Assembly: GCA_002409145.1 (NCBI GenBank)
Contig: DHUL01000044.1
Coordinates: 29,400 to 93,399 of the forward strand
DNA: 64,000 bases
Source of the DNA: Bacteroidales bacterium UBA5235
GTDB lineage: Bacteria > Bacteroidota > Bacteroidia > Bacteroidales > VadinHA17
Direction of reading: 5' to 3'
Under the pieces are notes generated by a model, which saw only the letters and a program-made list of their open reading frames with translations, made no database searches and had not been told where the DNA came from. The first letter of the stretch is position 1. Each line of letters opens with the position of its first letter. The translations under genes and the position numbers were made by a program. This document shows, piece after piece, positions 27,629 to 37,672 of the stretch.

Positions 27629-28609
27629 TTAAACATTAAGTACATCAATTATGTCGACAAGCTGCTGGTTCAGCCCCTTGTGCAGTTTCACGGCTTTCCT
27701 GAACGGGACCAGCACTATTTCGTCATTCTGAAGTCCTACCATGACGCTTTGCTGCCCGTCAAGGAGTGCCTCTACGGCTGCATTACCCAACCTGCTGGCG
27801 TTTACGCGGTCAAGCGCTGACGGCGACCCGCCGCGCTGCAGGTGTCCCAGTACAGCCACCCTCACCTCATAGCCCTTCAGCTGTGGTTTGAGTTTCTCGG
27901 CAATGGCAATTGCACCTCCTTCTTCATCTCCTTCTGCCACAATGATGATGTTGCTTGATTTTTTTCTCCTGTTGCCTGTCTCAATCATCTTGCTGATGTC
28001 ACGCGCATCACCCTTTAGTTCAGGCATGATGATAGCTTCAGCTCCGCAAGCGATTCCGCTGTAAAGGGCAATATGGCCTGCCTCGGCTCCCATTACCTCA
28101 ACAAAGAACATCCTGTTGAGAGCGCTGGCAGTGTCACGGATCTTGTCAACAGCCTCCACCACAGTGTTAAGTGCGGTATCATAGCCTATGGTGTAGTCAG
28201 TACCGTAAATATCATTGTCTATAGTGCCGGGCACCCCCACAAACGGAATGTTGTACTCTTCGTTAAAAAGGCTGGCTCCCTTGAATGAGCCGTCACCACC
28301 TATCACAACAACTCCGTCAATACCGGCAGCCTTCAGGTTGTCATATGCAACCTTCCTCCCCTCGGGAGTCCGGAATGCGTCGCACCTGGCTGTCTTGAGT
28401 ATTGTACCCCCCCGCTGAATGGTGTCTGAAACTGAGTGTGCGTATAGTGGTTTGAAATTGGCATTTATCATTCCAAGGTAACCGTTCCTGATACCGACTA
28501 CCTCCAGCTTGTTATAGATTGCGGTTCGCGTCACAGCACGTATGGCTGCATTCATTCCGGGAGCGTCTCCACCCGATGTGAGAACGCCTATCTTTTTAAT
28601 TTTCCCCAT
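27629..28609 (-). CDS. pfkA: ATP-dependent 6-phosphofructokinase
   Basis: 326 aa. IGVLTSGGDAPGMNAAIRAV, VVIGGDGS, PGTIDNDI, MGAEAGHIAL, LGHLQRGG. Confidence 0.95.
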   Translation of the reverse strand: MGKIKKIGVLTSGGDAPGMNAAIRAVTRTAIYNKLEVVGIRNGYLGMINANFKPLYAHSVSDTIQRGGTILKTARCDAFRTPEGRKVAYDNLKAAGIDGVVVIGGDGSFKGASLFNEEYNIPFVGVPGTIDNDIYGTDYTIGYDTALNTVVEAVDKIRDTASALNRMFFVEVMGAEAGHIALYSGIACGAEAIIMPELKGDARDISKMIETGNRRKKSSNIIIVAEGDEEGGAIAIAEKLKPQLKGYEVRVAVLGHLQRGGSPSALDRVNASRLGNAAVEALLDGQQSVMVGLQNDEIVLVPFRKAVKLHKGLNQQLVDIIDVLNV

Positions 28610-28679
28610 TGTAAGAAATATTTATTGACGGTGCGAAATTACTACAATTTCATGCATTTTCAATTCAGAAATAACGATG

Positions 28680-29555
28680 TCAAATTGCAGCAACAAGCTC
28701 TGCAACTTCCTGTATAAGCCACCTCGGGGTGGAAGTGGCGCCGCAGACACCTGCGTTGGATGCTCCACAAAACCATTCTTTGTTCAGCTCATCTGGTGAG
28801 GAGATGAAGTGGGAGCGGGAATTCACCTTCAGACACACTTCGAAGAGCATGCGGCCGTTGGAGCTGTTCCTTCCGCTGACGAAGATGATCACATCATGCC
28901 TGGTTGCGAATTCCCTCAGCTTTGGCTCACGCCCTGACACCTGCCCGCAGATGGTGTTATGGACCTTCAGGAGGGTGGAAGAATGGTCAGGTGAAACCTT
29001 TTCCATATTGAGTCTTATGATCTCAGCCACAACCTCATACTGCTCCTTGCTCTTGGTTGTCTGCGAGAAGAGAAAGACCGGCCTGGTGTAGTCTATCCTG
29101 TGAAGGTCACCCCTGCCAGTGACCAGTATCCCCCTGGGTCCGGCGGCACCTATCAGCCCTATGACCTCAGCATGACCTTCTTTTCCGTAGATGACTATCT
29201 GTCCATTTTCTTCACGCGACAGTTCGGCCACCTTTTGTATCTTCTTCTGCATTGAATGTACTATCGGGCATGTGGCGTCGATAATTGTTATGTTATTCTC
29301 CCTTGCCCTGGCATATGTCGAAGGAGGCTCGCCGTGTGCCCTTATCAGCACCTTGCAGTCATGCAGGTTTTCGAACTCTTCATATGTGATTGGTCTCAGC
29401 CCGAGGCCGGTCAGCCGTGCCACCTCGATGTCATTGTGCACTATCTCTCCAAGGCAATATATGGTCTCTCCCTCGCGGAGGGCATCCTCAGCGATGGCAA
29501 CGGCATTCTCCACTCCGAAACAGAATCCTGAACTCTGTTCTATGTCAACTTTCAT
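28680..29555 (-). CDS. ispH: 4-hydroxy-3-methylbut-2-enyl diphosphate reductase
   Basis: 291 aa. GFCFGVENAV, IVHN, DATCPIVH, SSNGRML. Overlaps cmk by 11 nt. Confidence 0.93.
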   Translation of the reverse strand: MKVDIEQSSGFCFGVENAVAIAEDALREGETIYCLGEIVHNDIEVARLTGLGLRPITYEEFENLHDCKVLIRAHGEPPSTYARARENNITIIDATCPIVHSMQKKIQKVAELSREENGQIVIYGKEGHAEVIGLIGAAGPRGILVTGRGDLHRIDYTRPVFLFSQTTKSKEQYEVVAEIIRLNMEKVSPDHSSTLLKVHNTICGQVSGREPKLREFATRHDVIIFVSGRNSSNGRMLFEVCLKVNSRSHFISSPDELNKEWFCGASNAGVCGATSTPRWLIQEVAELVAAI

Positions 29556-30258
29556 TTATCCTTTTTTTGTAAAGCTCCCTGAACCAGACCATCTGTTCTT
29601 CGGGAGTCATGTCACTGTTGTCAAGCACAATCGCATCATCAGCCTGCCGGAGAGGGCTCACTTCTCGCGATGAGTCTATCCTGTCACGTTCGCTTATGTT
29701 TTTCATCACGGCATCAAAGTCGGCCGGCAGTCCTTTGCTCACCAGCTCGAGGAAGCGTCTCCGGGCCCTCACCTCAGGCCTGGCTGTCATGAAGATCTTT
29801 AGCCGTGCGTCAGGGAATACAACCGTACCTATATCCCGGCCGTCCATCACCACACCCCCTCCGGCGCCCAGTGACCGCTGCAACTCCACCAGCCTGGTCC
29901 TGACACCGGCAATAGTGCTGACAGGACTGACGTTATCCGAAACGTCACGGTCACGTATCTCCCTCTCCACCTTCTCGCCATTTAGGTAAGTGGCTGAGAA
30001 TCCTGTCTCACGGTCAGGCATAAAGGTTATAATAATTTCCGGAAGCGCATTCATTATCCCGGGCTCGTCAGCAATGCCGTTACCAACCAGTCCGCGCCTC
30101 AGCGCGAAGAGAGTGACAGCCCTGTACATGGCTCCCGAATCAATATAGATATAGTCCAGCTCCTCAGCAATCGCTTTCGCGAAGGTGCTTTTACCACACG
30201 ACGAGTATCCGTCAACTGTTATGATTATTTTTTCTTTATTCTTTGCCATTGTTTCCAT
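29545..30258 (-). CDS. cmk: Cytidylate kinase
   Basis: 237 aa. IIITVDGYSSCGKSTFAK, DSGAMYRAVT, MDGRDIGTVVFPDA. The start could instead be the Met at 30249. Confidence 0.92.
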   Translation of the reverse strand: METMAKNKEKIIITVDGYSSCGKSTFAKAIAEELDYIYIDSGAMYRAVTLFALRRGLVGNGIADEPGIMNALPEIIITFMPDRETGFSATYLNGEKVEREIRDRDVSDNVSPVSTIAGVRTRLVELQRSLGAGGGVVMDGRDIGTVVFPDARLKIFMTARPEVRARRRFLELVSKGLPADFDAVMKNISERDRIDSSREVSPLRQADDAIVLDNSDMTPEEQMVWFRELYKKRINES

Positions 30259-30281
30259 CAGATTAAAACGAAAGGGTGCAG

Positions 30282-31385
30282 CTAAGGTTCAGCCCGTTCT
30301 GTTTTTTTGAATATAAATTCAGGTCTCAGTGTAACGGTTATGTGGTTTGATCCGCCGGCAGGGTGGAAAGCGCCATGGGCAAAGGCCAGTTCGAAGGCTC
30401 TTGTACGGATTCCAAACCCTGCCGTAAAGCCTGCCATGCCTGTACGCTGCCCGGTCCGCATCTCAGCCCTGCGCTGGTAGTCAAGGCCGGCACCGATCCA
30501 GAATGCATCTGACGGAAGGACTTCGACGCCCAGCACAATGTGCCTGAGAATGTCTTCACCAACCCCCCCCGGGCCGGCATCATCTTCAGGATTATAATCG
30601 AAGGTCAGATCAGGTTTCTCGAGATGCCTGATTGTCAGGGAGAAGCTGAATGGAGCGTGGGCGAGCCTCTTGGCGGCTCCGGCAATGATCTCAAACGGAA
30701 GCGGTTCTCCTCCGCTGCCGGTATAACCCACGAGCTGTAGTCCCGAGTTGCGGATGACCAGTCCTGCATCAAGCAACAACCTCTCATTGTGGTATGAAGC
30801 ACCGATATCGGCACAGAGTCCTGCAGAGAAGTACCGCTCGAGGTGTGAGATGACAGGCTTGAGATTCATCCCTATGGAGAAGGAAGAGTCAATCTGCCAT
30901 GACCAAATTATATTAAATGCGTATTCGGCAGCGGTAAAACTGCCTGTAATATTGCCAGCTTCGTCGGCCTCAGTGAAGGTGCCATAGCTTATAAAGCTTA
31001 TTCCCCCGGCAAAGTTACCTGAAGTGGCGGTGGTACGTGCCCAGGAGGCATAGCCATACCTGATTCCTGCAAACCAGGACGAAAAGCTGAGTGAGATATC
31101 ATTGTCAGTTGAGACATTGAGCAACGCAGGATTGAAGTACGGCAGGGTTAGATCGCTTCGCCGTGAGGCGACATTAATTCCACCGGTGGCATTTGCAAAG
31201 GCTGAATGGCTGAGGTTAAGGAACTCATAGGTGTTGTCACCGCCGGTCTGGCCTTTAAGTGCCGTACCACTTACACCCATGAGAAACAAAAGAGTGACGA
31301 CCCACTGTCGCTGAACAGCAATGCCGGGAAGCAGATTGGGAGCCCTGTGCCTCATCCTCAGAATCATTGAAGACAAAGATAACAT
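30282..31385 (-). CDS. porQ: Type IX secretion system outer-membrane protein PorQ-like
   Basis: 367 aa with signal peptide and a beta-rich alternating pattern. YEFLNLSHSAFANATGG...NPALL motif. The ispH-cmk-porQ order matches my recollection of Porphyromonas. The true start may be an internal Met (31367 or 31355). Confidence 0.5.
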   Translation of the reverse strand: MLSLSSMILRMRHRAPNLLPGIAVQRQWVVTLLFLMGVSGTALKGQTGGDNTYEFLNLSHSAFANATGGINVASRRSDLTLPYFNPALLNVSTDNDISLSFSSWFAGIRYGYASWARTTATSGNFAGGISFISYGTFTEADEAGNITGSFTAAEYAFNIIWSWQIDSSFSIGMNLKPVISHLERYFSAGLCADIGASYHNERLLLDAGLVIRNSGLQLVGYTGSGGEPLPFEIIAGAAKRLAHAPFSFSLTIRHLEKPDLTFDYNPEDDAGPGGVGEDILRHIVLGVEVLPSDAFWIGAGLDYQRRAEMRTGQRTGMAGFTAGFGIRTRAFELAFAHGAFHPAGGSNHITVTLRPEFIFKKTERAEP

Positions 31386-31427
31386 TCCCGGCAGAATGGG
31401 ACGATCAAAGCTGTTATTTGAGGGTTA

Positions 31428-32342
31428 TCAGGCACTTCTCCCTGCGAAGTCAGTATCGACCGCTGCCTTCCTGTTCTTTCTGGCCTGTGAGAGAAAGAGG
31501 CCGGCAATCACTACCGCCATTCCCAACCCGTTACGAGCCGTCAGCCTGTCACCCACTATGAAGAATGCGAAGATTGCCGTAAACACCGGAATCAGATTGC
31601 TGAATATGTTGGCGCGGGCAATTCCCACATATCTGACTGAATAGGCAAAGAGTACAAACGCACCGCATGAAGCGAAGATGGCCAGAAGAATTATTGAGCC
31701 AAAGCTCTTCGCAATAATGCCTGTGGCAAGAAGATCCTTCAGATCGAAAACCAGGAAGAGCGGAAGGAATAGTATTGCACCTATTATATTCTGAATGTTG
31801 ACAATGGTGACCGGATCATATTCATAAGCCAGGCGGTGAAGAACCATATTGTACCCGACGGCTGACACCACCGCAAGGAACATCAGCACCAGTCCCCTGG
31901 GATTCATTGTGATGTTACCCGTGCTGTTGGTGATGAAGATAAGAACTCCGATGAATGATAGAATCACACCTATGTAATTAATCAGTTTCAGCCGTTCACG
32001 ATAGATGACCCATGCGAAAATGACCGCAAAGACCGGAATGGTTGAGATTATTACAGAGCCCACTGTCGATGAGACATAGGTCAGGCCGAAGCTTTCACCA
32101 AGGAAGTAGAGGAATGGCTCAAACAGCGCCAGGAGAAAGAAATACTTCCGGTCTCCCTTTTTTATGGCGGTAAAACGTTTGGTGACCCACAGGAAGCCTG
32201 TGAGAAAGAGTATTGCAATGCACAGCCTTATGAAGACAATGGTTATGGGATTATAGTCAACGTTGGCCACCTTGAACCAGACAAATGAGAACGACCAGAA
32301 AATCATTGAAAGAACAAGGGCAGCATAGGGTCTTCCTTTCAT
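31428..32342 (-). CDS. DMT-superfamily (EamA) transporter
   Basis: 304 aa, ten TM helices, two EamA-like halves. Confidence 0.8.
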   Translation of the reverse strand: MKGRPYAALVLSMIFWSFSFVWFKVANVDYNPITIVFIRLCIAILFLTGFLWVTKRFTAIKKGDRKYFFLLALFEPFLYFLGESFGLTYVSSTVGSVIISTIPVFAVIFAWVIYRERLKLINYIGVILSFIGVLIFITNSTGNITMNPRGLVLMFLAVVSAVGYNMVLHRLAYEYDPVTIVNIQNIIGAILFLPLFLVFDLKDLLATGIIAKSFGSIILLAIFASCGAFVLFAYSVRYVGIARANIFSNLIPVFTAIFAFFIVGDRLTARNGLGMAVVIAGLFLSQARKNRKAAVDTDFAGRSA

Positions 32343-32567
32343 CGGAGAGTAAATAAAATTGGTGATTTTGTCGGCGGCGAAATTAACTGATTTTTTTATA
32401 CCCGTGGCAGTGAAGGGAGTAAAGAAGTTTTAAGTTTCGAACGTATTCAATAATGGTTCGGCGAGAATATCATAATAATATAATATACAGTGTAATGCGT
32501 ACTATTCATCTTTCGACCGGTGTTCATGAAAATCATTTTCAGCCGATTTGCGGTATTGTTTTATTGT

Positions 32568-32575
32568 TATATTTG
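32568..32575 (+). promoter_or_regulatory. -7 box TATATTTG with TTTG at 32547-32550
   Basis: TAnnTTTG lies inside the track ORF 32520-33461 and 23 nt upstream of ATG 32598, which supports the shorter etfB start. Confidence 0.55.
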
Positions 32576-32597
32576 CCACTTCAAAAGCGAGAATGAG

Positions 32598-33461
32598 ATG
32601 AACGGAATCAAGATCGTTGTACTTGCCAAGCAGGTTCCGGATACGCGTAATGTTGGTCCCGATGCCATGAAAGCAGACGGGACGGTCAACAGGAGTGTTC
32701 TGCCTGCCATTTTCAATCCGGAGGACCTGAATGCGCTGGAGCAGGCCCTGAGGATAAAGGAGTGTTATGAAGGGGTGACAGTGACCCTGCTCACGATGGG
32801 TCCGGTCAGGGCTGCGGAGATTATCCGTGAAGGACTGTACCGCGGAGCAGATGACGGGGTACTGCTTACTGACAGGGCTTTTGCAGGTTCTGACACCCTG
32901 GCCACATCATATGCTCTTGCACTGGCAGTGCGCAGGCTGGCGCCCGACCTGGTATTAGGAGGGAGGCAGGCCATTGACGGTGACACCGCACAGGTTGGGC
33001 CGCAGGTCGCAGAAAAGCTGGGATGGCCGCAGGTGACCTATGCCGAAGCGATGCAATTTGAAGGCGAAAAACTAATCATTCGCCGAAGGCTTGAGAGGGG
33101 AGTGGAGACAATAGCAGCCCGGCTGCCACTGGTGGTTACAGTGAACGGAACAGCCCCGGCATGCCGTTACCGTAACGCCAGGCTGGTAATGAAGTACAAG
33201 TATGCGCGTACTGACACTGAACTGCAGGCTGAAAGCTCTGACTACATAGCAGCAAGCCGGCCATTCATCAGGATAACCGAGTGGGGCGTTGACGCCATCG
33301 GAGCCGATCCGGAACATCTCGGGCTCTCAGGGTCACCCACAAAGGTGAAGGAGATAGAAAACGTCATCCTCCAGGCAAAGGAATCGAAGCACCTTACCTC
33401 ATCAAATGCAGACATTGAGTCATTAGTCAGGGAGTTGCTTGAGAATCATACAATTGGTTAA
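32598..33461 (+). CDS. etfB: Electron transfer flavoprotein beta subunit
   Basis: 287 aa from MNGIKIVVLAKQVPD... TMGP, GADDGVLL, DTAQVGPQVAEKLGWPQVTY. Confidence 0.93.
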   Translation: MNGIKIVVLAKQVPDTRNVGPDAMKADGTVNRSVLPAIFNPEDLNALEQALRIKECYEGVTVTLLTMGPVRAAEIIREGLYRGADDGVLLTDRAFAGSDTLATSYALALAVRRLAPDLVLGGRQAIDGDTAQVGPQVAEKLGWPQVTYAEAMQFEGEKLIIRRRLERGVETIAARLPLVVTVNGTAPACRYRNARLVMKYKYARTDTELQAESSDYIAASRPFIRITEWGVDAIGADPEHLGLSGSPTKVKEIENVILQAKESKHLTSSNADIESLVRELLENHTIG

Positions 33462-33484
33462 AAAACGGATAAAACATAGTTACA

Positions 33485-34504
33485 GTGAACAATCTATTCG
33501 TCTTTTGCGAGCTCGATGAAGGCAGGCCTGCCGAAGTCAGCCTCGAGCTGCTCACCAGAGGCAGGTCACTGGCCAATACCCTTGGCTGCCGCCTCGAGGC
33601 AGTGGTCCTCGGCAGCGGGCTCGAAGGCATCGAAAACGAGCTCTTCCCGTACGGCGCAGATGTGGTGCATGTGGCTGATGATCCGGTGCTGGAACACTAC
33701 CGCACCATGCCCTACACCTCAGTGATTACCGGTCTTTTCAGGCAGGAACAGCCCCAGGTGGCATTGATGGGAGCCACATCCACCGGCCGTGACCTCGGAC
33801 CAAGAGTCTCATCGGCAATGCACAGCGGACTGACAGCCGACTGCACCAGCCTCGAGATCGGAGATCACTATGTAAAGAAAACAGATACCACCTATAAAAA
33901 CCTGCTCTACCAGATCAGGCCCGCTTTCGGCGGCAACATAATTGCCACCATAATCAACCCTGACCACAGGCCGCAGATGGCCACCGTCCGCGAAGGGGTG
34001 ATGAAGCGCGAGATCGTAAACAGGAACCACAGGGGAGAACTTAAGAAAATAGATGTAGCAGCCTTCATCAGACCCGAAGATCTTGTCGTCGAAATCATCG
34101 AGCGGCATATGGAGGCGAGGAAGGTGGATATCAAGTCAGCCCAGATCATTGTTTCAGGCGGATACGGAATGGGATCGAAGGAAAATTTTGCCCTCCTCTA
34201 CGAACTTGCCTCTGTGCTTGGCGGTGAGGTGGCGGCTTCAAGAGCTGCAGTTGATGCCGGCTATGCCGGGCATGAACGACAGGTGGGGCAGACCGGGGTG
34301 ACCGTGAGGCCAAAGCTTTATATAGCATGCGGTATTTCAGGGCAGATACAGCATACCGCCGGGATGAACCAGAGCGGGAAAATCATTGCCATTAACAATG
34401 ACCCGATGGCGCCAATCAACAGTATTGCCGACTATGTCATCAACGGAGATGTGGCTGACGTCATTCCGAAGCTAATCAAATACTACAAGGCAAACGCCAG
34501 GTAA
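33485..34504 (+). CDS. etfA: Electron transfer flavoprotein alpha subunit
   Basis: 339 aa (GTG start). ASRAAVDAGY...QVGQTGVTVRPKLYIACGISGQIQHTAGM is the FAD-binding signature. Confidence 0.93.
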   Translation: MNNLFVFCELDEGRPAEVSLELLTRGRSLANTLGCRLEAVVLGSGLEGIENELFPYGADVVHVADDPVLEHYRTMPYTSVITGLFRQEQPQVALMGATSTGRDLGPRVSSAMHSGLTADCTSLEIGDHYVKKTDTTYKNLLYQIRPAFGGNIIATIINPDHRPQMATVREGVMKREIVNRNHRGELKKIDVAAFIRPEDLVVEIIERHMEARKVDIKSAQIIVSGGYGMGSKENFALLYELASVLGGEVAASRAAVDAGYAGHERQVGQTGVTVRPKLYIACGISGQIQHTAGMNQSGKIIAINNDPMAPINSIADYVINGDVADVIPKLIKYYKANAR

Positions 34505-34538
34505 ACCAACAGCAGTCTGAACCTAAAAAGAAACACCA

Positions 34539-36245
34539 ATGGCAAATTTCTATACTGACAATAAGGACCTCAGGTTCCACCTGACACATCCTGTAATGGA
34601 AAAGATCGTCAGGCTGAAGGAGATGGATTACAGGGACAGGGAGCAATTTGACTATGCCCCGCATGACTTCGAGGATGCCATGGACAACTTTGACAGGGTG
34701 CTGGAGATCATTGGAGCCATTTGCGCCGAAGTCATTGGACCGAATGCCGAGGATGTTGACCATGAGGGACCGACGGTCTCTGACGGTCATGTCACCTATG
34801 CCCGTGGCACACGTGAGAACCACGAGGCACTGACCAGGGCAGGGGTGATAGGGATGAATTTCCCGCGAAAGTATGATGGACTGAACTTCCCGATGGTGCC
34901 ATACGTCATGGCTGCCGAACTGGTTTCAAGAGCTGATGCCGGGTTTGCAAACATCTGGGGTTTGCAGGACTGCGGTGAGACTATTCTCGAGTTTGCCACT
35001 GATGAGATAAGGCAGCAATTCCTTCCGAGATTCAACAAGGGTGCAACAGCAGCCATGGATCTTACAGAACCTGATGCCGGTTCTGACTTACAGGCAGTAC
35101 AGCTCAAGGCTCACTTTGACGAATCAAGGGGCACCTGGATGCTTAACGGGGTGAAGCGTTTCATCACCAATGGCGATGCCGAGATAGCTCTCGTCCTTGC
35201 CCGCTCTGAAGAAGGGACGACTGATGGCAGGGGGCTGTCACTCTTCGTTTATGACAGGAATGACGGTGGCGTCATCGTCAGACGGATAGAGAACAAGATG
35301 GGCATAAAAGGTTCGCCCACCTGCGAACTTGTCTTCCGCAATGCCCCTGTAAAACTGGTAGGTGAGCGGAGAATGGGCCTTATCAAGTATGTAATGTCAC
35401 TGATGAACGGAGCACGTCTCGGGGTAGGTGCGCAGTCAGTGGGGATTGCGCAGGCTGCTTACGAAGAAGCCAGAAAATATGCATCAGAGAGGAAACAGTT
35501 TGGAAAGACAATAGACCAGTTCCCGGCTGTCTTTGAGATGCTCACCCTGATGAGGATACGGATTGAGGCAATGCGTACCCTTCTTTATGAAACGGCCCGC
35601 TTTGTTGACACCTACAAGGCATGGTCATTTATTGCAGCAGAGCGGCCTCTGACAAAAGAGGAACGTGAGGACCTGAAAAACAATACCAGGCTGGCAGACA
35701 TCTATACTCCGATGGTAAAGCTGATAAGCAGTGAGTGGTGCAACCGGATAGCATATGACGCGGTCCAGATCCACGGCGGTGCAGGCTTCATAAAGGATTT
35801 CCCTGTTGAGAGGCTTTACCGTGACGCCCGCATTACCTCAATATATGAAGGCACGTCTCAGCTTCAGGTTGTAGCTGCTGTCAGAGGCGTAACAACAGGA
35901 GGATACCTGGCGCAGATCCGTGAATATGAGAAGAATGAAATCAGGCCGGAACTCGATCACCTGAGGAAGGAGCTTATCACCCTGACCGGTGATTTTGAGA
36001 AGAGGGTGGCTCAGGTAACATCTGCAGGCAACAATGAGCTGACAGACTTCCACGCACGCCGCCTGGTGGAGATGGCTGCCAATATTATCATGGGTTACCT
36101 CCTCCTGCATGATGCCCAGCGTGATGCTGTCTATACCGCCTCGGCAGAGCTTTTCATTTCCCATGCTGTATCGGAAAACCTTGTGAGGTCAGAGTATATT
36201 GGCGCTTTCGAAGAAAAAACACTAGGCCTCTATAAGGTGAGCTGA
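34539..36245 (+). CDS. Long-form acyl-CoA dehydrogenase
   Basis: 568 aa. TEPDAGSDL, KRFITNGD, IHGGAGF, IYEGTSQLQ, plus a C-terminal extension. Sits in an etfBA-acd operon. Confidence 0.9.
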   Translation: MANFYTDNKDLRFHLTHPVMEKIVRLKEMDYRDREQFDYAPHDFEDAMDNFDRVLEIIGAICAEVIGPNAEDVDHEGPTVSDGHVTYARGTRENHEALTRAGVIGMNFPRKYDGLNFPMVPYVMAAELVSRADAGFANIWGLQDCGETILEFATDEIRQQFLPRFNKGATAAMDLTEPDAGSDLQAVQLKAHFDESRGTWMLNGVKRFITNGDAEIALVLARSEEGTTDGRGLSLFVYDRNDGGVIVRRIENKMGIKGSPTCELVFRNAPVKLVGERRMGLIKYVMSLMNGARLGVGAQSVGIAQAAYEEARKYASERKQFGKTIDQFPAVFEMLTLMRIRIEAMRTLLYETARFVDTYKAWSFIAAERPLTKEEREDLKNNTRLADIYTPMVKLISSEWCNRIAYDAVQIHGGAGFIKDFPVERLYRDARITSIYEGTSQLQVVAAVRGVTTGGYLAQIREYEKNEIRPELDHLRKELITLTGDFEKRVAQVTSAGNNELTDFHARRLVEMAANIIMGYLLLHDAQRDAVYTASAELFISHAVSENLVRSEYIGAFEEKTLGLYKVS

Positions 36246-36311
36246 TTTGAGCTCTTCCTGCTCTCCCGGTACTCCATTAATGATGCAGGAAAGCATTTAA
36301 CAGTCTGCCGG

Positions 36312-36325
36312 ATGACAAATATCAA
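36312..36325. promoter_or_regulatory. FNR/CRP-type palindrome ATGACAAATATCAA
   Basis: 12 of 14 identical to TTGACAAAGATCAA at 40998-41011. Fits the TTGAT-N4-ATCAA architecture. Lies upstream of the cytochrome operon promoter box. Confidence 0.45.
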
Positions 36326-36402
36326 TTTCCGGGTTGACAAGAAACACCTGTATATCAGTCCAAATATGCTCTGACCCGGGAAGGGGTGTATTCATATTAC
36401 GG

Positions 36403-36410
36403 TATCTTTG
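36403..36410 (+). promoter_or_regulatory. -7 box TATCTTTG for the cytochrome operon
   Basis: TAnnTTTG lies 24 nt upstream of ATG 36434 and inside the track ORF start region, which supports the shorter start. Confidence 0.5.
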
Positions 36411-36433
36411 TGAAATATATAACAGAAAGCAAG

Positions 36434-36799
36434 ATGATGCGAAAAGCATGGCTTACAAGATTGCTGCCTGCTGCACTGATTGTGGCGGGCGGGCTTTCAA
36501 TATCGTCGTGTGAACAGTATTCCTGGGCTAAGCAGGAAGTACCCCAGGACCTGACGGTGAGCTTCTCGGAAACAGTCCAGCCATTCTGCCAGGGCTGTCA
36601 CTCGGCGTGGACCGTTGACCGTACTTACGACAAACTCTCGGCAAATGTTGACACGGTAACACCCGGATCAAGCAGGGTGCTGTCAATACATTCTTCAATA
36701 ACGGCGTTCGGGTCGCAGATGCTGCAGATTGACACGCTCCTGATCCCGGCAACAGATGTCATAAAACTGTGGGCCTCACAGGGAGCAGAAAAAAATTAG
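36434..36799 (+). CDS. Small monohaem c-type cytochrome lipoprotein
   Basis: 121 aa from MMRKAWLTRLLPAALIVAGGLSISSC (lipobox). A single CXXCH in VQPFCQGCHS. Confidence 0.6.
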   Translation: MMRKAWLTRLLPAALIVAGGLSISSCEQYSWAKQEVPQDLTVSFSETVQPFCQGCHSAWTVDRTYDKLSANVDTVTPGSSRVLSIHSSITAFGSQMLQIDTLLIPATDVIKLWASQGAEKN

Positions 36800-36827
36800 A
36801 ATCCAGGAAACCTTAATAAAGTTAACC

Positions 36828-37664
36828 ATGAAGAAAATTGCCATATCCGTCATTCTGGTCCTGATAACATTTCCAGCATTCTGCCAGGATAACGATGATT
36901 ACCCTGTCAGGGTTTTTGAGACCAGTATATTAATTGACAATCAGACAGTAGCAACACCTTTCAAGGGTTTGCTCGAGTTTGAGATTCATCACCGTTTCGG
37001 AACGCTGAACAATGGTATTGATGACCTCTTCGGGATATGGGCCCCTGCCAACATTCGCCTGGGGCTCAATTACGGAATTACTGACAGGCTGATGATCGGT
37101 ATCGGTACAGCCAAGAACTACAAGGCCCAGGATCTGGCCGTGAAGTTTGCCATACTACAGCAGACGTCGTCTGGATCGGTTCCCGTCTCACTCAGCTACT
37201 ACGGAAATATAGGGATTAACCTGTTAAATCAGAATACATTCGGCCCGGCCCATGACTGGCGTGAGATACACCGTCTCTCATATTTCAACCAGATTCTGGT
37301 GGCACGCCAGTTCGGAACGAAGCTTTCACTTCAGCTTGCTCCCACATTTATCTGGCTCAATGCCGTTGAGGTGGACTACAGGAATGCTCATTACGGCATC
37401 TCAGCCGGTGCAAGGTACAATGTGACCGGCTCACACAGCATTATAGCCGAATATGATCAGCTCTTCAGCAGCCAGAAAGACGAATCGCTGAATGCCAAAC
37501 CGCAGCTGGCACTGGGATGGGAGATAGGAACTGCTACGCATGCATTTCAGATTTTCTTTGCAAATTACAAGGATATCCTCGGACAGTATAACTTTGTATA
37601 CAACCAGAACAGTATCAGTGAAGGAGAGTTCCTGATAGGACTGAATGTTACAGTGCGGTTCTGA
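36828..37664 (+). CDS. Outer-membrane beta-barrel protein (uncharacterised; possibly DUF5777-like)
   Basis: 278 aa. Signal peptide, alternating hydrophobic/polar strands and G/N/D turns throughout. C-terminal ...GLNVTVRF ends in Phe, as in OMP sorting signals. Confidence 0.6.
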   Translation: MKKIAISVILVLITFPAFCQDNDDYPVRVFETSILIDNQTVATPFKGLLEFEIHHRFGTLNNGIDDLFGIWAPANIRLGLNYGITDRLMIGIGTAKNYKAQDLAVKFAILQQTSSGSVPVSLSYYGNIGINLLNQNTFGPAHDWREIHRLSYFNQILVARQFGTKLSLQLAPTFIWLNAVEVDYRNAHYGISAGARYNVTGSHSIIAEYDQLFSSQKDESLNAKPQLALGWEIGTATHAFQIFFANYKDILGQYNFVYNQNSISEGEFLIGLNVTVRF

Positions 37665-37672
37665 CAGATAAA

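Noticed and set aside
32523-32536. TTCATGAAAATCAT upstream of etfB as a third FNR-type box
   Set aside because: It has two mismatches in the conserved half-sites and lacks the TGACAAA core shared by the other two sites. It is too degenerate to call without a scan or binding data.
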